Shown here piece after piece: positions 38,273 to 48,590 of a DNA stretch of 64,000 bases. Source of the DNA: Armatimonadota bacterium (GTDB lineage: Bacteria > Armatimonadota > UBA10988); the NCBI GenBank assembly GCA_016235455.1, contig JACRKZ010000043.1:38290-102289 (forward strand). The letters run 5' to 3'. Each line of letters opens with the position of its first letter. Positions within the stretch are counted from its first letter, which is position 1. The position numbers and the translations under genes were made by a program. The notes beneath the pieces are model-generated. The model saw nothing but the letters and a program-made list of their open reading frames with translations, ran no database searches and was not told the origin of the DNA.

Positions 38273-39490
38273 ATGAGCCCAGACCGCACCCTCGTCCGCG
38301 ACCTCGCCCAGCGCTACGCCGAGGCCTGCGCCGACCAGAGCCAGGCTGTCCGGCGGACGGCCTGGCGCCAGCACAACAGCCTGCGCGGCGACCGGCCCCT
38401 GATCTACATGCGTGCCTTCGCCTGGCACGAGCTGCCCGAGTGTGCCTGCCAGTGCGCCGACCCGTTCCTGCGCGGCTGGGAGGACCACTTCCGGCGGATG
38501 CTCTACTGGGCCTCGCTGGGCGATGACTCGGTCTTCGAGCCGTGGGTCACCGTCGGCGCGCGGTACGAGTGCGCCGGCTGGGGCGTGCCCATCAGCCGGC
38601 AGCACTCGGGCGCGGCCGGGGGCGCGTTCAAGGTCGACTATCCGCTGCGCGACGAGGCCGACCTGGACCGGCTGCGCGCGCCGTGGCATGAGGTGGACGA
38701 AGCGGCCACGGCGGCCGCCGTCGCGCCGGTCGAGGATCTGCTGGGCGACATTCTGGCCGTGGATGTGGACCGCGCCGGCGCCTATCGCATGTGGACCGGC
38801 GACCTGTCGACCGACCTGTTCTACCTGCGCGGCATCGAGCATTTCTGCCTGGACATGCTCGACCGGCCCCAGTGGCTGCACCAGCTCATCGGCTTCATGG
38901 CCGACGGTGTGGCGCGCTGTCACCAGCAGGCGGAGGACGCAGGCGACTGGGGCTTGTCGGCCCATCAGAACCAGGCCATGCCGTACGCCGAGGAGCTGCC
39001 GGTCCCGGCGCCGAGCCGGCGCGGCACTCGCCGCAGCCAGCTTTGGGGCTACATGGCCAGCCAGGAGTTCACCAGCGTCTCGCCGGGCATGTGGTCCGAG
39101 TTCCTGCTGGCCTACCAGAAGCCGATCCTCGAGCAGTTCGGGCTGTCGGCCTACGGCTGCTGCGAGGATCTGAGCCGCAAGATCCCGCACCTGCGGCAGA
39201 TCGCCAACCTGCGGCGCATCGCTGTGTCGCCGTTCGCCAACGTGGCCCAGTGCGCCGAGGCCATCGGCCGCGACTACGTGCTGAGCTATCGGCCGAGCCC
39301 GGCGGACATGGTCGGCTTCGGGTTCGACGAGGCGCGCGTCCTCGGCGTCCTGCGGCGCGACCTGAACATTTGCCGCGAGTGCCATGTGGACATTACACTC
39401 AAGGACGTGGAGACTGTACAAGGCGACTCGCGGCGGCCAGCCGAGTTTGTGCGGCTGTGCCGGCGAGTCATTGGCGAGATATGGCCGTAA
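38273..39490 (+). CDS. URO-D / methyltransferase-like TIM-barrel protein of unknown function
   Basis: LRGIE.F..DM.D.P...H, QEF..VSP.M..EF and YGCCE.L motifs. Confidence 0.7.
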   Translation: MSPDRTLVRDLAQRYAEACADQSQAVRRTAWRQHNSLRGDRPLIYMRAFAWHELPECACQCADPFLRGWEDHFRRMLYWASLGDDSVFEPWVTVGARYECAGWGVPISRQHSGAAGGAFKVDYPLRDEADLDRLRAPWHEVDEAATAAAVAPVEDLLGDILAVDVDRAGAYRMWTGDLSTDLFYLRGIEHFCLDMLDRPQWLHQLIGFMADGVARCHQQAEDAGDWGLSAHQNQAMPYAEELPVPAPSRRGTRRSQLWGYMASQEFTSVSPGMWSEFLLAYQKPILEQFGLSAYGCCEDLSRKIPHLRQIANLRRIAVSPFANVAQCAEAIGRDYVLSYRPSPADMVGFGFDEARVLGVLRRDLNICRECHVDITLKDVETVQGDSRRPAEFVRLCRRVIGEIWP

Positions 39491-39555
39491 CGCAGGGGTA
39501 GCGCGGCGATGAGTCGCCGGACCGCAGGCCAGCTCTCGCGGGGGAGATCCTTGCC

Positions 39556-42500
39556 ATGAGCCGATCCGCGAAGGCTGTCAGCCTGTTGGTCGTCGTTCTG
39601 CTGGCCGTGCCCCTGCATGCGCTGACGCTGGCGCGCACCATCTCGCGCGAATCGCCAGACCTGCCGGTCCGGAACGTGAAGCTCTCGCTGGGCCGCGACG
39701 GCCTGGTCTACCTGTCGGCCGACAGCTACGTGCTGCGCATGAAGCCCGACGGCGGCGACCGCTTGGGCGCCAAGCTCACCTACTCCACGACGAACGCGGT
39801 CGCCAACCGCGCCGGCGTCGTGGCTACGGCCAACGCGCACTTCAACCACGCGGTCAAGCTGTGGGGCTCGGCCTTCGAGCCGCTGGGCGCCGTGGTCGAC
39901 TTCCTGGTCAGCGATGCCGCCGGGTGGTCCGGCCCATGCGATGTGCAGGCCGGCGAGACCGACTTCTATGGCCTCGATAGCAACCGCGACCGCGTGGTGC
40001 GCGTCGCGCCGCCGGGCCGCATGGTCACCACCTACTCACTGGCCGCCTGCGGCGAGAGCCTTGTGAGCAAGATCGGCCGCCTGCGTGTCTGGGAGGCCGG
40101 TCGACGCTTCTACCTGGCCACCATGGCAGGCAAGCTGCATGTGCTGGACTTCGACGGGCGCTTGCTGTGGAGCAAGCAGCTGGTCATGGAGGGCAGCCCG
40201 TGGGACGGCTACCGGGCCGTCTTTGACGTGGATGCCGACGGCACGCTCTGGGTGCTGGGCGAGGGTGGCGCCACGCTGCAGCGCTATGGCCTCGACGGCA
40301 ACCCAGCCGGCAGCCTGGCGCTGGCCGTCCACAGCACGCCTGGACGGTGGGCCTCGTTGGCTGTGGGGCCGGACTCCATTCTGGCCCGGCAGCACCAGGA
40401 CCGTGAGCTGTTCAGCGTCTGGAGCCGCGCCGGTGGATCGCTGCAGCACACCGTCGCCGCCGATATCGAGCAGCTGGACGTAACGCTGCCGGGCCTGGTC
40501 TGGACCGCTGGTGCCAACGTGCCACTGGACGTCAAGCTGACCAGCGCCACACGCGCCAACAAGCCGCCGTGGCGGGTCTGGCTACGCCCGCTGCTCACCG
40601 CCGACTGGCGTGAACTGCCGCTCAGCGGGGGCCAGGTGACCGTGCCGGCCGACCTGGCCGGGCTCTACCAGCTGCGCATCTGCCCCGGCCTGGGCGCCGA
40701 TCGTAGCGAGTACCGCCTCGAGGAGGTGGTTGAGGTGCGGCCGCCTGGCGCGCACGGCAGCGCCACGGTCATGACCCCCGGCGGACGCGTGGCCTTCGGG
40801 CGCGGCGAAGCCATCCGCTGCCGGCTGCTGCTGCGCGGCCAGAACCTGCCCGCGACGGCGCCGGTGCGGCTGCTGAACGCTGCTGGCCAGGTGGTGATCG
40901 AGCGATCGGTGGCGGCCAACGGCGAGTTCGTCATCGAGCCTGCCTGGACCCGCGCGCTGGCGCCCGACCGCTACCGCCTGGTGGCGGTCGTCGAGGGGCT
41001 GACCTGCATGGCGCAACCGCTGACCATCGGGCCTGGGCGCGAGACGGATCCGGCGCTGAACCTTGTGCAGTATGGCGACTACGGCGCCACCTACCCGCAG
41101 ACCGAACCGCTCGATGCGCCTGACGCCGTGGCCCGGCACCTGGAGCGCACGCGGCGGCTGGGCATCAACCGCTTTGTCGACCGCCTGGGCATGACGGGCG
41201 CCGGCAGCCTCAACCGCGTCACCGAGAGCGGTGCGCTGCCGCAGGTGGCCGAGCGGCTGAAGGGCGACCCGCTGGCCGTGGCGCCCGAACGCGTGGGCCT
41301 GGACAACGCCCTGGCCCAGACCATGGCCGGCTACAGCGCGCTGGGCGCCGACGAACTGGCCATCCTGCTGTACATGGACGCCGGCCTGCCCATCGGCACC
41401 GCGTTCGACAAGCGCACGCGCGAGCAGTTCGCGGCCGACATCACCACGGTCACCCAGGCGCTCACACCGTACAGCGCCTTCCGCGGCTGGAACTGGGTGG
41501 CCAACTGGTGGATCGGCGACCGCGGCCCCGACGCCGCCGACAAGCCAGCCTACGACGCCGCACTGAAGGCCGCCAAAGACTCGGGCGCCTGGTCGCCCGT
41601 GCTGGACAAGGTGTCGGGCCGCTGGCTGGGCTACGCGACCGAGGCGCAGCGCTACTTCGCCGGCGTGGTGGACAAGCTGGCGCCGGGCCTGCTGCACAAC
41701 TGCGCTGGGCCGTACCGCTCGGTGGATGTCTACCCGCCGGTGACCTTCGCCGGCGTCGACGAGGTCGATCTGCATTACCAGTCCGAGCAGATCCAGCCAC
41801 CGCAGGTCACCCCGCACAACGTAGACTTCCAGAAGCGGCCTGGCAAGCGCGCCTATGGCCATCCCGAGCTGTGGAACGACGACGGCACGGGTGGCCAGAT
41901 CCTGCCTAGCCTGCTTCAGATGGTCATGCGGGGCGCTGATGGCGTAGGCTGCTCGGGCGCCATTCCCGAGTGGTTCCACGGCTCGGGCGATCCGCGCAGC
42001 GGGTCGGCAGGCGTGCCCAGCGTGTTCCGCGCCGTGGCCGACACGCTGACGCCTTGGGGGCCGTGGCTGGCGACGTTGAGCAATCGCGACCGCGTGGCCA
42101 TTGTGGTCAGCGGGCGCATGGTGCGCACCGACGAGTGGTCGAACCTCGGCGGCCTCTACTTCAACCGGCTGTTCGAGGCCTACCAGGCCTGCTTGTATGC
42201 CCATCGGCCGGCCAGCTTCGTCTTCGCCGATGACCTGAAGGCCGGCACGCTGGATCGCTATCAGGCGGTGCTCGTGGTCAGCCAGCGCGTGGAGCCCGAA
42301 CCGGCCTTGGCGGCGGCACTGGCTGGCGCGGCGGCGAAGGTGCTGACCGACGACACCTGCCGAGCGGGCCTGGTCCGTGGCACGGCGCTGGGCATGGGCT
42401 TCGACCACCTGGAGAAGGATCCCAGCCCGTGGCAGGATGACTCTGCCTGGCTGCGGCTGCCACCGCTGTACGAACGGCTGGGGCAGGCGCTGGCCAAGGG

Positions 42501-45378
42501 CTTGGCCAAGGTGGCGCCTGTGGCCGACGTGACCGCGCCGGGCGTGATGCTCTCGGAGCGCGGCAACGGGGCCGGGCGCTTCGTCTGGGTAGTCAACAAC
42601 CGCGCCGTCGAGCGCGAGGCCGGCGAGCTGTGGCGCGCCACACTGGCCATCACCCAGCGCGTGCCTCAGCGTGTGCCGCTCGGCCTGCCGCAAGCTGGCG
42701 CGAGCGCTGTCTATGAGCTGTTCTCGGGCCGGCGCGAGACAGCCTCGCCCACAGCCGACCTGACCACGTCGCCGGCCCGGCTCTATGCCATCTTGCCCGA
42801 GCCGATCGCCCGTGTCGGCCTGCGCGGGCCACGAAGCGTCTCGGCTGGGGCGCCGCTGGCCTGGGGCGCCTGGGTGCACGACGAGCAAGGCCGCGCGCTG
42901 GCCACGAGCCTGCCGGTCACCGTGCAGTTGCGCGCGGGCGACGGCCGCCTGCTGGACGAGCGCCACGCCGCCGCCGTGGCGACCGACGGTGCCACCGGAC
43001 GCTTCATCGTGCCGCTCAATCCGCCCGCCGGTGCGCTGACGCTGACCGCCACGGAGCTGGTCAGCGGCCGCACGGCCAGCCTGCCCATCGCGCTTACGCC
43101 GGCCAAGGCGCCGTCCGACCAGGTGGCCGCCATGGACAGCCGCGGCGTCGGCACGGCCAGCGCCAAGCGCGTCTGGCCCGCACAGCGCTTCGGCCCACGG
43201 GTGCGAAGCGCGGTGCTGTTGCCCGGCGGCAACACCGTCGCGCTTGGCACTCTGGGTGGCGAAGCGAACCTGCTGGGCGTTGACCTGGCCGACGGCCGGC
43301 TGCGCTGGAGCCAGCGCGTCGGTGACTACGCGGCGGTGAACCCTCGACCCTGCGGGCGCGGCTGGGCCGTCCAAGGGTTCGACTACGCCAGCGCTTACGG
43401 CTGGCACCTCTACCTGGCCGACGACAACGGCCAGGCCGAACGTCGCTTCGCCTTGTATGGCCTGCCCAAGCGGGGCACCGCCTGGCACTGTGCCCGGCAG
43501 CTTGGCCCGCCCATCAACCAGTTCGCCACGGCGCCCGACGGCTCGTGGGTGGCCTGTGGCGGCGATCTCGGCCTCGTCGCCTACAGCCGTGACGGCACGC
43601 CGCGCTGGTCGCACGATACCTGGAAGACGGGCCGTGCCGTGCCACGCCTGACGGCGCTCGATGACACCACGTTGCTTGCCGCCGACGGCGCCGTGGTCAC
43701 GGCGCTCGACGCGGCCAACGGCGCCGAGCGCTGGCGGCTCGAACTGGCCAACACGGGTCAGATCATCAGTCTGGAGGTCAGCGCCGACCGCCGAACGGTG
43801 GCGGTGTCGGCCGACACTCTGGGCGGGCGTGTGTGGCTGGTGCGTGGCGGCAAGTTGGCCGGCGAAGTGCCGCTGCCGGCCGATGAGGTGGCGTTGTCAC
43901 CCGACGGGCAGCGCCTGGCAACGGTGCGGGAAGACCAATTGCGGCTCTACGATGGCAGTGGCGGGCTGCTCTGGACCGCGCGCGGGGTGGACTGGCTGCG
44001 CTGCCCGAGCTTCTCGCCTGACGGCCGGCGCCTCGTGGCGACCAGCGAGCTGGGCGACGTGCTGGTCTGGTCGGCCGACGGGCAGCCGCTGCTCAACCGC
44101 GACCTGGGCTGCTGGGCCACGCCGGTCTGGCTGCCCGACGGCGACCTGCTGTTGGCCACCTGGCTGGGCACCGTGGTGCGTCTCGATGGCCAGTACCACG
44201 AGCGTTGGCGAACCTGGCTCGCGGCATCGGGTGCGGCGCCGTCTCCGGCCGCGGCGCTGCCACCGGCCGCGGCGCTGTCGACCGTCGCCAAGACCGACTG
44301 GGGCAACGCGCTCGCCGGTGCCCCGCTGCCGTTGACGCCGAACCTGCTGACCGAAACCAAGGCGCTCATCGAGGCGCGGTGCGATCCGCCAGCCCATGCC
44401 GACCCGCGCATCTGGCAGAACCCGGTCGACCTGCTGCGCGACGGCCAGCCCACGCCGCCGGTCCAGCCATGGCTGGCCTGGACCGACCTGAACTACGTCG
44501 ACAGTGGCTGGCGCGACAAGCTGACGCTGGTCTTCGACACGTTCCATACGCAGCTGCATGTGGACGCGCTGACGTTCGTCGAGGATCCGGCGCGGCCCAA
44601 CACATGGCTGCGTGATGCCCGGCTGCAATGGTGGAACGCCGCGCAGGCGCGCTGGCTGGACGGGCCGTACCTGCTGTCCAACCAGGCGGTGCACAGCCAC
44701 CGGGTCGACCCGCCGCTGGAGGCGGCGCGCTTTCGCCTGATCAGCACCGGCGGCGGCTCCTGGCCGACGGGCAACCTGGCCTTGGGCGAGATCGTCTTCC
44801 ATGGCCGGCAGCTGGGCGCCTCGCACCCCGATGTGCAGGCCAAACGGCCTGTGGCGGTGCTGTTCGACGAGGACGAGACCGACCTCAAGGGCTACGATGC
44901 CTTCCAGCCCAATTCCAAGTTCCGCTACGAGGACGCGGCCAGCGGCGGCAAGTGCCTGTCGCTGACCGGGGCCGGTGCGGCACATCCGGTCTACATACCG
45001 CCGTTTGGCCATGTGCTGCCCAACTGGGACTTCGAGATCGTCGAGAACCCGCAGCCTGGCCAGTATCGCTGGCTGCAGTTCGCCTGGAAGGCGCTCAGCC
45101 GTGACACCACCGGCCTGTCGCTCCTGGTCGGCGGGCCTTGGCCGTCCGGCGGCTACGGCTTCCGGGCTGGGACGCCGACCTTCCGCGAGGGCACGCTGGT
45201 TTACACCAAGGTGGCCGACTCGCCGCCGCTCGAGTGGCGGCGCGAGCGGTTCGATCTGTGGAAGCTGTATGGCAAGCCGGTGCGCATCCAGTCGGCGAGC
45301 TTCACCGCCGAAGGCGGACCGGCCGCGTTCGACAGCATCGTGCTGGCGCGTGAAGAGACCGATCTGCCGCCCAAGTGA
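39556..45378 (+). CDS. Very large secreted multidomain protein (beta-propellers, putative hydrolase barrel, C-terminal CBM-like domains)
   Basis: 1940-aa ORF with coding-like GC3 bias, signal peptide, and SPDG/W repeats in the C-terminal half. Confidence 0.8.
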   Translation: MSRSAKAVSLLVVVLLAVPLHALTLARTISRESPDLPVRNVKLSLGRDGLVYLSADSYVLRMKPDGGDRLGAKLTYSTTNAVANRAGVVATANAHFNHAVKLWGSAFEPLGAVVDFLVSDAAGWSGPCDVQAGETDFYGLDSNRDRVVRVAPPGRMVTTYSLAACGESLVSKIGRLRVWEAGRRFYLATMAGKLHVLDFDGRLLWSKQLVMEGSPWDGYRAVFDVDADGTLWVLGEGGATLQRYGLDGNPAGSLALAVHSTPGRWASLAVGPDSILARQHQDRELFSVWSRAGGSLQHTVAADIEQLDVTLPGLVWTAGANVPLDVKLTSATRANKPPWRVWLRPLLTADWRELPLSGGQVTVPADLAGLYQLRICPGLGADRSEYRLEEVVEVRPPGAHGSATVMTPGGRVAFGRGEAIRCRLLLRGQNLPATAPVRLLNAAGQVVIERSVAANGEFVIEPAWTRALAPDRYRLVAVVEGLTCMAQPLTIGPGRETDPALNLVQYGDYGATYPQTEPLDAPDAVARHLERTRRLGINRFVDRLGMTGAGSLNRVTESGALPQVAERLKGDPLAVAPERVGLDNALAQTMAGYSALGADELAILLYMDAGLPIGTAFDKRTREQFAADITTVTQALTPYSAFRGWNWVANWWIGDRGPDAADKPAYDAALKAAKDSGAWSPVLDKVSGRWLGYATEAQRYFAGVVDKLAPGLLHNCAGPYRSVDVYPPVTFAGVDEVDLHYQSEQIQPPQVTPHNVDFQKRPGKRAYGHPELWNDDGTGGQILPSLLQMVMRGADGVGCSGAIPEWFHGSGDPRSGSAGVPSVFRAVADTLTPWGPWLATLSNRDRVAIVVSGRMVRTDEWSNLGGLYFNRLFEAYQACLYAHRPASFVFADDLKAGTLDRYQAVLVVSQRVEPEPALAAALAGAAAKVLTDDTCRAGLVRGTALGMGFDHLEKDPSPWQDDSAWLRLPPLYERLGQALAKGLAKVAPVADVTAPGVMLSERGNGAGRFVWVVNNRAVEREAGELWRATLAITQRVPQRVPLGLPQAGASAVYELFSGRRETASPTADLTTSPARLYAILPEPIARVGLRGPRSVSAGAPLAWGAWVHDEQGRALATSLPVTVQLRAGDGRLLDERHAAAVATDGATGRFIVPLNPPAGALTLTATELVSGRTASLPIALTPAKAPSDQVAAMDSRGVGTASAKRVWPAQRFGPRVRSAVLLPGGNTVALGTLGGEANLLGVDLADGRLRWSQRVGDYAAVNPRPCGRGWAVQGFDYASAYGWHLYLADDNGQAERRFALYGLPKRGTAWHCARQLGPPINQFATAPDGSWVACGGDLGLVAYSRDGTPRWSHDTWKTGRAVPRLTALDDTTLLAADGAVVTALDAANGAERWRLELANTGQIISLEVSADRRTVAVSADTLGGRVWLVRGGKLAGEVPLPADEVALSPDGQRLATVREDQLRLYDGSGGLLWTARGVDWLRCPSFSPDGRRLVATSELGDVLVWSADGQPLLNRDLGCWATPVWLPDGDLLLATWLGTVVRLDGQYHERWRTWLAASGAAPSPAAALPPAAALSTVAKTDWGNALAGAPLPLTPNLLTETKALIEARCDPPAHADPRIWQNPVDLLRDGQPTPPVQPWLAWTDLNYVDSGWRDKLTLVFDTFHTQLHVDALTFVEDPARPNTWLRDARLQWWNAAQARWLDGPYLLSNQAVHSHRVDPPLEAARFRLISTGGGSWPTGNLALGEIVFHGRQLGASHPDVQAKRPVAVLFDEDETDLKGYDAFQPNSKFRYEDAASGGKCLSLTGAGAAHPVYIPPFGHVLPNWDFEIVENPQPGQYRWLQFAWKALSRDTTGLSLLVGGPWPSGGYGFRAGTPTFREGTLVYTKVADSPPLEWRRERFDLWKLYGKPVRIQSASFTAEGGPAAFDSIVLAREETDLPPK

Positions 45379-45402
45379 TCGACACAGGCGGAAGGAATCG
45401 GC

Positions 45403-45420
45403 GATGGTAGCGGTAACATC
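45403..45420. promoter_or_regulatory. Candidate LacI-family operator upstream of fucose isomerase
   Basis: gatggtagcggtaacatc is a 14/18 palindrome with a central CG, resembling TGTTAGCGCTAACA. Confidence 0.45.
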
Positions 45421-45485
45421 ACAGCGGCGAGCGGCATACTACCCTCTGGGTACCCGCCCGGAGCGACGATTAGGAGTACAGGTTC

Positions 45486-47198
45486 ATGAGCGCCATTCGA
45501 CTGTCCGACACCCAGGCCCATGTGGCCAAGGCCCCGACCATCGGCGTGTTCGCCACCAGCGACCCGCGCATCGACGCGGAGTCGCGCGTGCGGTGCGTGA
45601 ACATCACCGAAATGGCCGCCACGGTGATTGCCGACCGGGTGAAGACGCCCGATGGCGCGCCGGTCAAGGTGGTCTGGAGTCCGATCCTCATCGACGGCGA
45701 GAAGCAGGCTGACCAGGTGGCACGGCAGTTCGAGGCCGCGGGCGTCAACATCCTGGTGGGCGTGCCCGACACCTGGGCCTTCCCGCAGTTGACGGTCATC
45801 TCGCTGCTCGCGCACTTCCCCAAGGACACGCCGATCAACCTGACCTGCGGCAACAGCGGACCCAAGCCGGGCGTCGTGTTCGCCCATGCCGCCAACGGCG
45901 CCATCAACCAGTATGGCAAGCTCTGCCATGTCAACGTGGGCACCTGGCCCGACACCGGCCTCAACCCCCAGATGACCCAGGGCACGGCCGACGCGCTGGT
46001 CGACTGGTGCTATGCGGCGCTGACCAAGGTGGGCCTGAAGGGCCGGCGCGTGGCCATCTTCGGCCACGACTCCATGGGCATGGAAACCGCGCTCATGCAC
46101 GTCATGCCGACGCGCAACCTGCTGGGCCTGGAGATCACGCGGCTGGATATGAAGCTGTTGGCCGACATGATGGCCAAGGGCGCCTACGACAAGGAAGAGC
46201 TGAAGGCGCTGCGCGCCTGGATCGGCGATGTCTCGGGCGGCGTGACGCTCCGCGACGATGCCGACAGCGCGCGGTTTGACCAGTCGCTGTCGATGTACCT
46301 GATCACCCGCGACCTGCTCAAGGATCTGGACGCAGTGGGCGGTGGGTTCATGAGCCAGTTGGAGTGGGGCAGTGACCGGCGCGGTCTGCCGCTGCCGGTG
46401 GCCGACGCCATGGAGTCACTGTTCAACTCCACCTTCGACCACAACGGCCCCAAGGCGGCCCTGCCGTTCGGCACCGAGGCCGACATGCAGGGCCTGATGA
46501 CCATGCTGTTCTTTACCTGGCTGTCCGGTGGCAACCCGCCGCTGTTCATGGACTTCCGCAAGGTCTGGGAGCCCTGGGAGATCAACGCCAAGGCCGAGGA
46601 ACTGGGCCTGGGCGGCGTCGACCCCGACGGCTTGTGGCGACGCAAGGGCCTGGTCGACGGCGACAACAGCGGCAGCGCCTCGTTCAACTGGGCCGCGAAG
46701 CCCGGCGCGTCGATGGCTGACTGCATGAAGGGCGTGACCTTCCCGTTGGCCGACCCCGGCTACTTCCCCGGCGGCGGCAACTCGGTCACCTTCACCTCGC
46801 CCGGCGGCATCGAAGGCATCGCCGGCCGCTTCGCCTACTCGGCCGAGCAGAACATCTTCTCGCTGCTGTGGGATGAAGCCTGTACCGTGGACCTGCCCGA
46901 CGAGCTGGCCAGGGCCGTGGCCAACACCTCCACGCCCGACTGGCCGCACACCTGGGTGGTGCCGAAATACGCGAGCATGGGCGAGTACAAGCAGTTCGCC
47001 CCGGCCAACCACTTCCACATGACCTGGGACCTCAAGCCGGCCGTGCTGGAGTACTGGTTGGACCTGGCCAACGTGCTGAGCCTGACCCCGTGGCAGGCGC
47101 GGCCGAGCTACATCGAAGGAGTCGACCGCCCGCAGCCGCTGCTGCACCTGCTCAATGGCGGCGAAGTGGCCACCAAGCTGAAGATGGCCGGGCGCTGA
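45486..47198 (+). CDS. fucI: L-fucose/D-arabinose isomerase family protein
   Basis: KPGVVF, SMGMET, FMSQLEW, N.TFDHNG, TEAD, T.PDWPHTW and ANHFH. AGGAG RBS. Confidence 0.8.
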   Translation: MSAIRLSDTQAHVAKAPTIGVFATSDPRIDAESRVRCVNITEMAATVIADRVKTPDGAPVKVVWSPILIDGEKQADQVARQFEAAGVNILVGVPDTWAFPQLTVISLLAHFPKDTPINLTCGNSGPKPGVVFAHAANGAINQYGKLCHVNVGTWPDTGLNPQMTQGTADALVDWCYAALTKVGLKGRRVAIFGHDSMGMETALMHVMPTRNLLGLEITRLDMKLLADMMAKGAYDKEELKALRAWIGDVSGGVTLRDDADSARFDQSLSMYLITRDLLKDLDAVGGGFMSQLEWGSDRRGLPLPVADAMESLFNSTFDHNGPKAALPFGTEADMQGLMTMLFFTWLSGGNPPLFMDFRKVWEPWEINAKAEELGLGGVDPDGLWRRKGLVDGDNSGSASFNWAAKPGASMADCMKGVTFPLADPGYFPGGGNSVTFTSPGGIEGIAGRFAYSAEQNIFSLLWDEACTVDLPDELARAVANTSTPDWPHTWVVPKYASMGEYKQFAPANHFHMTWDLKPAVLEYWLDLANVLSLTPWQARPSYIEGVDRPQPLLHLLNGGEVATKLKMAGR

Positions 47199-47311
47199 GT
47201 CTGAGCCTGAGGTAGCATCGGCGGCCCGCCGATGATGGTTCGACGGCAGGCGCCATCGAGCCATTGGCGGGCCGCCGATGCCGCATTTCGCCTGTACAGG
47301 AGGTCCGGCCC

Positions 47312-48388
47312 ATGGGGTTCGAGTGGATCAAGGTCGAGAACTTCCGCTGCCTGAACCATCTGCACATCGAGCAGTTGGGGCAGGTCAATCTGATCACCGG
47401 CCGCAACTCGGTAGGTAAGTCGTATCTGCTGGAGGCGCTGGAGCTGTGTGGGGCGGAGGCCACTCTGGCGACGCTGCTCAGGCAGATGGCCGAGCGCGGG
47501 CAGTTGGCCCAGGCGCCCGAGCGCACAGGCGGGCTGCGGTCATTCGGCGAGTTGCCCAGGCACCGCTTCGACACCCTCTTCTACGGGTGGCCGGCCGATC
47601 TGGCGCCTGTCGAAGCCACGCTCGCAGCGGACCGCGGGCAGGCCACGTTGGCGCTGGCGCTATGCCAGTCTCACGGGCTTGACGGCCCTGAAGAGGACCT
47701 CCGCATCTGCCTGACGCGCAATGGGCACGCGTTCAGCCTCGGCCTGTTCGAGCGTGACCCCGTGGCGGCGGCGCTGCGCGGCGAACTGCTGTCGCTGGCA
47801 CCGCGCGGTGACCACGCTGACGGCTCGACCATCTGTTCCCGCTGGCGCCTCAGCGATCCGGATCTCGAGCGGCTGGCCAAGACGTGGGAGAAGGTAGCGC
47901 TGCTCCCGGCGGCCAACGCCGTGCTCGGCATTCTGCGGCTGGCCTGCCCAGAGCTTACGGGCATCCAGTTCGCTGAGTCTCCTTCCGGCCGCCGGGAGCC
48001 GCAGGTGGAGCTGCGGGATGTCGCGAAGCCGGTGCCTCTTGGCTCGGCGGGAGACGGTGTCCGGAGCTTGCTCGCGGCCGCCATTGCGCTGGCCACGGCT
48101 GAGGGTGGCGTGCTGCTGCTTGATGGGGTTGGTGCCGGCCTGCACTACTCGGTCCATTGCGCGCTCTGGCCGATGATCTGCGCTACCGCGCGCGACCTCA
48201 ACATCCAGGTCTTTGCCACGACGCACGACTGGGACTGTGTGCTGGCCTTCCGACAGGCGCTCGCCGCCGACCCAGCGGTGCAGGGCTGCCTGCACCGGCT
48301 CCAGGCACTGCCCGAGGCAGTACTGGCCACCACCTTCGACGAGCAGCGCCTGGCAGCATCAACCGACCGCGACCTGGAGTTGCGATGA
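47312..48388 (+). CDS. ABC-like ATPase (AAA_15/AAA_21) with degenerate Walker B
   Basis: ENFR, Walker A GRNSVGKS, signature GDG, LLLDGVGAGLH and QVFATTH. AGGAGG RBS. Confidence 0.8.
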   Translation: MGFEWIKVENFRCLNHLHIEQLGQVNLITGRNSVGKSYLLEALELCGAEATLATLLRQMAERGQLAQAPERTGGLRSFGELPRHRFDTLFYGWPADLAPVEATLAADRGQATLALALCQSHGLDGPEEDLRICLTRNGHAFSLGLFERDPVAAALRGELLSLAPRGDHADGSTICSRWRLSDPDLERLAKTWEKVALLPAANAVLGILRLACPELTGIQFAESPSGRREPQVELRDVAKPVPLGSAGDGVRSLLAAAIALATAEGGVLLLDGVGAGLHYSVHCALWPMICATARDLNIQVFATTHDWDCVLAFRQALAADPAVQGCLHRLQALPEAVLATTFDEQRLAASTDRDLELR

Positions 48389-48590
48389 TGCCGCCCACTC
48401 GCGGCCAGTCCTCCCCAACCTGACCCCACCGTGTCACTGACAACCCCCCTCGCCTGCGGCAGAGTGATTGCAGTCCTTGGATCGAGTTCGACGGGCACGC
48501 TCCGCGAACCACCCCATCGAGCGCCAAACGATGTCTCTGCGCGTCGTTCGCTGTCGCCCGATACCATCAGTACCAGGAGGCGGGTCAGTC

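Noticed and set aside
48389-48590. Riboswitch or ncRNA in the 200-bp gap before the radical SAM gene
   Set aside because: I could not recognise any conserved aptamer motif. An Rfam/Infernal scan would be needed.
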